This document shows, one piece after another, positions 27,690 to 33,589 of a stretch of 33,589 nucleotides of DNA (position 1 is its first letter; each line of letters begins with the position of its first letter). The notes under the pieces were generated by a model. That model was not told where the DNA came from. It searched no databases and saw only the letters and a list, made by a program, of their open reading frames with translations. This DNA is from Candidatus Thalassarchaeaceae archaeon (GTDB lineage Archaea; Thermoplasmatota; Poseidoniia; Poseidoniales; Thalassarchaeaceae): positions 1 to 33,589 of the forward strand of contig CAUZSM010000002.1 in the NCBI GenBank assembly GCA_963582685.1, given 5' to 3'. The position numbers and the translations under genes are program-made.

Positions 27690-28193
27690 ATGACGAAAGT
27701 TCTGATGAGAACAAACAAGGGTGACATCGAGATTGAGTTGTTTACGGATAGCATGCCAATCACCGCTGGAAACTTCCTCGAATTGGTTGACAATGGATAC
27801 TACAACGGACTCCATTTTCACCGCGTCATTCAGGGGTTCATGCTTCAGGGGGGTTGCCCTCACAGTAAGGAACCAAACAGTTCTCGATGTGGAACCGGTT
27901 CGCCAGGGTATGCGATTGCCGATGAGCATCTTCATGATGCGAGATTCTCAAACGAAATTGGTACCTTGAGCATGGCCAATTCTGGACCCAACAGCGGAGG
28001 TTCGCAATTCTTCGTCAACACCGTCCACAATTCCTTCCTTGATTGGTTCGACAACAGCACACCGTCAAACCACCCAGTATTCGGTAAGGTAACTGCAGGA
28101 ATGGATGTGGTAATGGCAATTGAAGCCACTCCAACCGGTACAGGAGACCGACCGATTGACCCGATGCAAATTATTAGCATCAGTCGAGCATAA
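27690..28193 (+). CDS. Cyclophilin-type peptidyl-prolyl cis-trans isomerase
   Basis: [24 protein letters not shown] and [17 protein letters not shown] motifs. Start set at ATG 27690; the listed ORF begins at 27594 inside the previous gene. Confidence 0.85.
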   Translation: MTKVLMRTNKGDIEIELFTDSMPITAGNFLELVDNGYYNGLHFHRVIQGFMLQGGCPHSKEPNSSRCGTGSPGYAIADEHLHDARFSNEIGTLSMANSGPNSGGSQFFVNTVHNSFLDWFDNSTPSNHPVFGKVTAGMDVVMAIEATPTGTGDRPIDPMQIISISRA

Positions 28194-28212
28194 TCGGGGT
28201 TCTAAGCGTCAA

Positions 28213-28220
28213 TTTATTAA
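28213..28220 (+). promoter_or_regulatory. TATA-like box TTTATTAA, about 26 nt upstream of ATG 28243
   Basis: This is the only AT-rich block in the 49-nt spacer. The spacing would put the transcription start at or near ATG 28243 (a leaderless-type arrangement). Confidence 0.35.
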
Positions 28221-28242
28221 GTAATTAACTTGACGGAACCTC

Positions 28243-29850
28243 ATGGCGAAGCATAGAGCAGGCGACAGACGCATCCTCAGCGTCAGTCTGCCCGAGGATC
28301 TGGCCAAGCGGCTGGATAGCAGAGTGGGACGAGGCAGAACACACGGCAGGTCGGCTACCGTGGCTCGACTGCTGGAGAAGGGGTTGATCGCAGAGGCAAC
28401 TGTACCCTCAGATGGTGATGGCGCGAAAACACGCATGGCTTCTGCTGGGGAAGAGGATGTGAGAATTGAATCCGACACAATGGGTGAACTTGAGGTTCCT
28501 GCAGACCGATATTGGGGCTGTCAAACCGCACGGTCGTTGATGAATTTCGACATCGGAAATGACACAATGCCTCGGCCAGTCATTCGAGCCTTTGGGGTGC
28601 TCAAGCAAGCAGCTGCTCAAACCAACGTCGACCTTGGTGAGATAGATGCAGAGATCGGTGAGCCGATAGTCGCCGCCTGTGAAGAGGTGATTCGCGGCGA
28701 CCTCGATTCACATTTCCCGCTACGGATATGGCAGACTGGTTCGGGCACACAGACCAACATGAACTCAAACGAAGTCATTGCAAACCGCGCTATCGAAATC
28801 TGTGGCGGTGTGCTCGGGAGTAAACATCCAGTACACCCAAACGACCACGTCAATAGGGGCCAATCGAGCAATGATACCTTTCCAACCGCCATGCACATCG
28901 CTAGTGCAGAGGAGTTTCATCATCGACTGATTCCATCAGCAAGGCGGCTACGCGCAGGCTTGTCGACAAAAGTCGAGGAGTTTGATGGCATCGTGAAAAT
29001 AGGGAGAACTCATCTGATGGATGCAGTGCCGCTGACATTGTCTCAGGAGTTCAGCGGATATGTTGCAATGCTAGATGCGGACATCGTCCGACTTGAGTTC
29101 GCATACGAAGACTTACTCGAACTTGCACTTGGAGGCACCGCAGTAGGAACTGGCCTCAACTCACATCCGCAATTTGCCGAGCAGGTGGCTTGGCGTATCG
29201 CCGAGAATACTGGACTAGGCTTCACTTCAGCGGACAACAAGTTCGCACAACTAGCAGCACACGCTGCTATTGTTGCGGCATCTGGTGCAATGAATACCTT
29301 GGCTACTTCATTGATGAAGGTCGCTAACGACATCCGCTGGCTCGGCTCTGGGCCAAGATGTGGAATCGGCGAATTGGCTCTACCAGCCAATGAACCAGGC
29401 TCAAGCATAATGCCGGGCAAAGTCAATCCTACTCAAGCCGAAGCGATGACGATGGTCTGTTGCCAGGTGATGGGTAACCACATGGCCATCAGCATCGGAG
29501 GAAGCCAAGGCAACTTCGAATTGAATGTGTACAAACCGATGATGATTCACTGTCTTTTGCAAAGTTGCAGACTGTTGACAGACAGTATGCGCTCGTTCAA
29601 TGATAGATGCATTTCAGGGCTTGTTGCAAATGAGGACAACATCGCCTCCCACCTAGAAAAATCACTGATGCTGGTGACGGCGCTCAATCCACATATTGGA
29701 TATGATAAGGCAGCTAAGATTGCTAAGCATGCCCACGAAAATGGAGTAACACTGCGGGAATCAGCACTTGAATTGGGCCTGCTGACCAATGAACAATATG
29801 ACGAGTGGGTAAAGCCAGAGAATATGGTGAATCTTGATCCCTCGGCATGA
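28243..29850 (+). CDS. fumC: Class II fumarate hydratase with an in-frame N-terminal ribbon-helix-helix (CopG/Arc-like) extension
   Basis: From about residue 72, [26 protein letters not shown] aligns with the E. coli FumC N-terminus as I recall it. [13 protein letters not shown] is the fumarase/aspartase signature. Residues 9-48 ([19 protein letters not shown]...[13 protein letters not shown]) have an RHH strand-helix-helix pattern. Confidence 0.9.
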   Translation: MAKHRAGDRRILSVSLPEDLAKRLDSRVGRGRTHGRSATVARLLEKGLIAEATVPSDGDGAKTRMASAGEEDVRIESDTMGELEVPADRYWGCQTARSLMNFDIGNDTMPRPVIRAFGVLKQAAAQTNVDLGEIDAEIGEPIVAACEEVIRGDLDSHFPLRIWQTGSGTQTNMNSNEVIANRAIEICGGVLGSKHPVHPNDHVNRGQSSNDTFPTAMHIASAEEFHHRLIPSARRLRAGLSTKVEEFDGIVKIGRTHLMDAVPLTLSQEFSGYVAMLDADIVRLEFAYEDLLELALGGTAVGTGLNSHPQFAEQVAWRIAENTGLGFTSADNKFAQLAAHAAIVAASGAMNTLATSLMKVANDIRWLGSGPRCGIGELALPANEPGSSIMPGKVNPTQAEAMTMVCCQVMGNHMAISIGGSQGNFELNVYKPMMIHCLLQSCRLLTDSMRSFNDRCISGLVANEDNIASHLEKSLMLVTALNPHIGYDKAAKIAKHAHENGVTLRESALELGLLTNEQYDEWVKPENMVNLDPSA

Positions 29851-29929
29851 TGTGGGCTATCTTCAAATCACCTTCAATAAACGCTGACGCTTAGTAAGCA
29901 TTAGAAGGCGACAAGGAAGGCAGCGCCTC

Positions 29930-30980
29930 ATACACTGAAAATAGTGTTTGTGGGAGTACTGGCTGGCGGAAGTGATCGGGTAGACCTCCCCCGCCAGCCA
30001 GACTCCGCTTGACCCGAAGCTGGTTTCCTCCCCGAAGGGATGTTGCCAGCCCCGGGCGGGTCCGGTTTTGCCGAAGCATTACCGTCCCCTCTGGGCGCTC
30101 GGTTTCGTTTCCGATTCCGATTCCATTCGGTTTGCTCTCGGTCTTTCGACCTCCTTCTCACCGTCAGGTCTTGCTTCCAGATCGCTCCTTCTGCTGCGCC
30201 CGAGCGTGGTTCCGCCTTGCGGCTTTACCACACCCCCGAGCCTTTCCCCACTCTTTCGAGTGGTTCCCGGCCCTGGAGTTGAAGGCGACATCTCTGCCAC
30301 CCCCTTTCCCCTTCAGGGCTGCTCCACCTTTCGGCTTTGCAACCCCCAGGAGCGGATTCAGCTTGCGCTTCCTCCGTCCCTGTCGGCGCCTCCTGCGTCG
30401 TCTTTCGACGACGCTATCATGCACCAGCACAGGATTACTGGGCGTCTTTCGACGCTCTCATCTGAGTCACTGTGATTCGCCCGCTACTCACTTCTGCTCG
30501 AATTTCGGGTTCTCCGGGTCACCTTTCGGCTTCCTGGGCTTCCCTGTCCCCGCGCGTCTGTGTGTTTCGTTCGCTCCGTTGCTTCTCGTTGACGAGTGGT
30601 TGTTCCTTGCGGTTTCAACCCGAATCTCTGCGCTGCTACCCGAGGGTAGCTGTGTCTGAGACCCAACTCTCATTCACGTGCACAGGCGATTCGCACTACC
30701 ACCGAAGTGATCGTGTTCCTCATCCTGTAGGCGTTGTGGGAGTCCCCGCGGGGAATCCTCACGTGCCTCATCTCCCCAGTCTGAGACTGGCTCGATGGCC
30801 CACCGCCGACTCCTCAAAGGGTCCCATGTGGGCTAAGGGCCTGCCGGCCCCGTTCGGGGGGTCCGACACCACTTCTCAGAAGCGGCAACGTCTCGTTGTG
30901 AGGGGGAGTTCGATAAACCTTTCGGTAAATTAGGCATTATTCGACCCGAAATCGGCCGTACCAACCCCTATTTCCATTGG
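29930..30980 (-). ncRNA. Candidate large (about 1 kb) structured non-coding RNA, class unassigned
   Basis: The 1,185-bp gap has no credible ORF. On the minus strand I see at least 9 GNRA-capped hairpins (7 GAAA, 2 GCAA) and 3 C(UUCG)G-capped hairpins, plus several other 5-11-bp stems. Four helix positions are G-U on the minus strand but A-C on the plus strand. TATA-like AT-rich blocks lie at 31001-31020 and AAATAGGGG at 30965-30973 upstream. A hairpin with a U-run lies at 29932-29947. The ends are approximate. Confidence 0.6.
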
Positions 30981-31035
30981 AAATATGGCCCGAGATATGT
31001 AATATAATAACAAATTAATAACACAATTTTGTGAA

Positions 31036-32220
31036 TCACCTATCTCGCAATGCTCGAAGTCTCTGAGCAAGTGCGGATTTATCCTCATCTCCCTCGCTCT
31101 CGCCACTCTCAGTTCCTGGGTGTTGTAACCGTCGCGTAAGCATCTCTCCTTCAAACAACAAAACCGCCCCATCCTCCAAAGCAAGGGCGATTTTTTCGGA
31201 GTTTGGGCTGCAAGACGCCATTGCGTTTACCCGGCTACCCTCCAGCAACTCACCTATTGCCGAACCATCAACAGAATCGAAAATGAGTATGCGCCCATCT
31301 GAACCGTCCCAAATTGAAGTCCACGATGTAGATATGTCTCCAAACTTCGGCCCTTCACAGACATTCTCTACAACCACTCCTTCTGGCAACTCATGCTCCC
31401 ACAACAGATTCCCCTCCGAGGTCAGTGCACGAGTGATACCGTTGCCGCCACCAAAACCAGAGCCAGCCACCCCTTTGTCGCGTCGTAATGCAACCAGTAA
31501 TCCATTAGAAAGGCAGGCTAATGCCTCTATTGAACCCGGTTGGGTGTTGAATGGACTCTCGTCAAGAACAATGCCGTCCTCAATCACAGTCAGCACCCCA
31601 TCCGCGTGTCCTAAGACGGTGCGCTCTCGGTCAGTTAGCCCACAGGTGATGGGTGCTTCAGATGGCAGTGCGCTCCAGTGTAATCCTTCCTCATCAGCCC
31701 GCAACATTCCGCAGCGTGGGCGCCCGATACCCAACATAGCTCGGCCATCGGTTCTGACTTCAAGTGACCAAGGGCGTTCATCGAGAATATCGCTTCGGAC
31801 CAATTCACCATCCACGGTAAATCTCCAAATTGCAGATTCAAGGAAATCGTTGACCTCAATGTCATACACTGAAGACGTGGCGACCACAATCCCGCTATCT
31901 GAGTTGCATCCAACCATATCGCTGCTTCCATCCAATTCCGCAGTCCAAACCACCTCACCGCTGGCAAGGTCAATCGCAACCACATCTCGGCCAGCGGTAA
32001 CGAATACGCGCCCGTTGCTGACTGCCATGGCTCCTACTCGATTCGACAATTCACACCTCCAACATTCATCGCCATCCTGCTGCCAACATACGAGATTACC
32101 GTCTCTGTCGCCAGCGATCAGCGAATCATCGAAGATGATAACTGCAGTTGCAGGACTCGGGAGTTGCCGCTCAAGCCACGCCGATGCGCGAGCACTGATG
32201 CTTGCAGCCTCGCCGCCCAT
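31036..32220 (-). CDS. PQQ-like (BamB-type) beta-propeller repeat protein with an acidic C-terminal tail
   Basis: Repeated units of about 40 aa of the form DGNLVCW...G...W / GRVFVTAGRDVVAIDLASGEVVW, typical of PQQ-like propeller blades. Confidence 0.6.
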   Translation of the reverse strand: MGGEAASISARASAWLERQLPSPATAVIIFDDSLIAGDRDGNLVCWQQDGDECWRCELSNRVGAMAVSNGRVFVTAGRDVVAIDLASGEVVWTAELDGSSDMVGCNSDSGIVVATSSVYDIEVNDFLESAIWRFTVDGELVRSDILDERPWSLEVRTDGRAMLGIGRPRCGMLRADEEGLHWSALPSEAPITCGLTDRERTVLGHADGVLTVIEDGIVLDESPFNTQPGSIEALACLSNGLLVALRRDKGVAGSGFGGGNGITRALTSEGNLLWEHELPEGVVVENVCEGPKFGDISTSWTSIWDGSDGRILIFDSVDGSAIGELLEGSRVNAMASCSPNSEKIALALEDGAVLLFEGEMLTRRLQHPGTESGESEGDEDKSALAQRLRALRDR

Positions 32221-32303
32221 GGCTACCCTTACGCCGGCTCACCTATTGCGCTTCGCCTCAAAGGAACTTCTCCGCACTCGACAGGAAACTATCTCTGACA
32301 TCC

Positions 32304-32504
32304 TCAGTCATCCGCACTTTCTGCGGCATCTCTCTTCGCCTGCAGGAAATTTACCAATGCATCGATGTCCTCAAACTCAAAGGTGACTGCGCTGATGTGC
32401 TCGCAATCCTGGCAAATGAAACGTTTACCCGTCTCATATCCCATGTAGGGGGCGATGCGTGGGCTGTAGCAATTCGAACAGACCTCGACCGTCAACTCTG
32501 ACAC
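32304..32504 (-). CDS. Small zinc-ribbon protein (66 aa)
   Basis: CSNC...(20 aa)...CQDC, followed by an acidic helical tail. It sits between the carboxypeptidase and the propeller gene on the same strand. Confidence 0.5.
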   Translation of the reverse strand: MSELTVEVCSNCYSPRIAPYMGYETGKRFICQDCEHISAVTFEFEDIDALVNFLQAKRDAAESADD

Positions 32505-32520
32505 CTTCTATGCGATGCCC

Positions 32521-33589
32521 TCAAGCGGAAACACCGTAAAGGCTGCTGATTTTATCGGCCAAATAGGTAACAAACGCGTCGGGCTTGGGTTGCTCACCTG
32601 TTGCTTCCTCCATCAGGTCGGCTGGTTCCAGAATGCTACCTCGCGCATGCACGTGTGTGCGCATCCACTCAAGCAAGGGGGTGAAGTCACCGTTGCGAAT
32701 CTGCGATTCAACATCGCCAATGTCTCGCTTTGCCGCTTCCAGAAGTTGGGCTGAATACAGGTTCCCAAGTGTGTAGGTTGGGAAGTATCCAAAGGCTCCC
32801 ATCGACCAGTGAATATCTTGCAGTACACCTTCTGAGCGTGTGGTTGAGCGAACTCCAAGGAACTCTTCGTACATATCATCCCAGGCATCAGGGAGGGCAT
32901 CAACCTCAAGTTCGCCGTTGATTAACAACTTCTCGATTTCGTAGCGAATCATGACGTGCAAATTGTAAGTCGCCTCGTCGGCCTCAACTCGAATCAAACT
33001 CGGCTCGACTTGGTTTACAGCCTGCCACAACATCTCGGGTGTTACTCCCTCGAAGTTTGCCGGGAAGTGTTTCTGCCACAATGGGAATGACCATTCACAG
33101 AACTCCAACGACCTACCGACTTGATTCTCCCACAATCGACTCTGACTCTCGTGAACCCCCAGACCATCGGCTTCACCTACCGGTTGGAAATCAAGGTCTC
33201 GCGGTCGGCCTTGCTCGTACAGCGCGTGGCCAGTCTCGTGCATCGTTCCGTAAATTGCCCCATAGGGCTCTTTCTCATCGTAGCGCGTGGTCCAGCGAAC
33301 ATCATCTGGGTTGGAGCCACCACAGAAGGGATGAGTTGATTCATCACGGCGACCTGCCTTGAAATCAAAACCAATAGCCTCGGAAATCGCTTGACTGAGC
33401 GCTTCTTGGCTTTCCTTTGGCCACGGGTGGGTGTGAACCCAACTGCAGTCGGGCTTGTCATCAAGTTCGCCGACCGCCTTGATGAGCGGAACTGAAGATT
33501 CTCGCAAACCAGCGAATAGTGGGTCGACTTTAGCCACGGTGAGACCAGATTCATAGAGGTCGAGAAGGGCATCGTAGGGATTGTCCTCG
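32521..33589 (-). CDS. M32 (Taq-type) metallocarboxypeptidase, 5'-truncated by the window edge
   Basis: HETGHALYEQG (HExxH), HESQSRLWEN and IRVEADEATYNLH motifs. The frame stays open upstream of the listed GTG to the window end (EDNPYDALLDLYESG). Confidence 0.85.
   Translation of the reverse strand, partial: EDNPYDALLDLYESGLTVAKVDPLFAGLRESSVPLIKAVGELDDKPDCSWVHTHPWPKESQEALSQAISEAIGFDFKAGRRDESTHPFCGGSNPDDVRWTTRYDEKEPYGAIYGTMHETGHALYEQGRPRDLDFQPVGEADGLGVHESQSRLWENQVGRSLEFCEWSFPLWQKHFPANFEGVTPEMLWQAVNQVEPSLIRVEADEATYNLHVMIRYEIEKLLINGELEVDALPDAWDDMYEEFLGVRSTTRSEGVLQDIHWSMGAFGYFPTYTLGNLYSAQLLEAAKRDIGDVESQIRNGDFTPLLEWMRTHVHARGSILEPADLMEEATGEQPKPDAFVTYLADKISSLYGVSA

Noticed and set aside
29948-29957. 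10-nt direct repeat TTGTGGGAGT at 29948-29957 and 30734-30743, near the two ends of the candidate RNA
   Set aside because: A single shared 10-mer within about 1 kb is expected by chance at roughly 0.5 occurrences by my estimate. As a direct repeat rather than an inverted one, it cannot form a closing helix.
30206-30231. Reading the AAA/GGA internal loop of the recurring module as a kink-turn (L7Ae site)
   Set aside because: A K-turn needs a 3-nt bulge followed by tandem sheared G-A/A-G pairs. In either orientation the position after the bulge is GC or AC, not GA, so the strict consensus is not met.
30009-30659. 216-aa plus-strand ORF (and the overlapping 135-153-aa ORFs) spanning the fumC/propeller gap
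   Set aside because: The sequence is dominated by F, P, S, L and R, with no domain-like pattern. The strand is about 70% pyrimidine, which depletes stop codons and makes long spurious ORFs expected. Several overlapping frames are open at once, and there is no SD or TATA context.
29930-30980. Possibility that the structured region is simply RNase P RNA, SRP (7S) RNA, a group II intron or an rRNA fragment
   Set aside because: By eye I found none of the following on either strand: the GGAAAGUCC P4 strand, the ACAGAA..CGGCUUA motif, an SRP helix-8 GGAAGGGAGCA-type loop, a 34-nt domain V with an AGC triad, or an intron-encoded protein. At about 1 kb it also exceeds RNase P and SRP sizes. This is a visual check only, and cmscan is still required.
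1-33589. Scan for CRISPR arrays, transposases or IS ends, integrases, tRNA genes and rRNA genes
   Set aside because: I saw no regularly spaced direct repeats, no recombinase-like ORFs, and no cloverleaf-compatible 70-90-nt segments in any intergenic spacer. The window looks like core chromosome rather than a mobile island.

Overview
This 33.6 kb window looks like an archaeal chromosome segment. The archaeal assignment rests on the uS13-uS4 ribosomal genes, the PolD (DP2) large subunit, primase PriL, an MptE-like kinase and a DUF373 protein. The acidic proteins and roughly 50% GC suggest an uncultivated marine euryarchaeote, but that is inference only. Coding is dense: about 27 CDS, with spacers mostly 6-170 bp. 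They include housekeeping and metabolic genes (pckA, pyrE, fumC, cyclophilin, M32 carboxypeptidase, a GlmM-like mutase next to an LbH acyltransferase). They also include several large acidic membrane or surface proteins, one a 1391-aa polytopic giant, and a PadR regulator with a membrane partner. I saw no CRISPR array, transposase, tRNA or rRNA. The main outlier is a 1,185-bp ORF-poor gap between the convergent 3' ends of fumC and a beta-propeller gene (29851-31035). Read on the minus strand, this gap holds many G-C-rich hairpins capped by GAAA, GCAA and C(UUCG)G tetraloops. It also shows G-U wobbles specific to the minus strand, a recurring internal module, and a TATA-like element upstream. 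I interpret it as a roughly 1-kb structured non-coding RNA of a class I cannot assign, and it needs Rfam and covariation checks. Secondary observations: (1) a ribbon-helix-helix domain fused in frame to class II fumarase; (2) a phosphohexomutase whose conserved GTDGIRG N-terminus lies upstream of any canonical start codon; (3) a shared TTCAAATAGGGG promoter-like motif; (4) a non-triplet (GCTGC)4 repeat inside the giant membrane gene.
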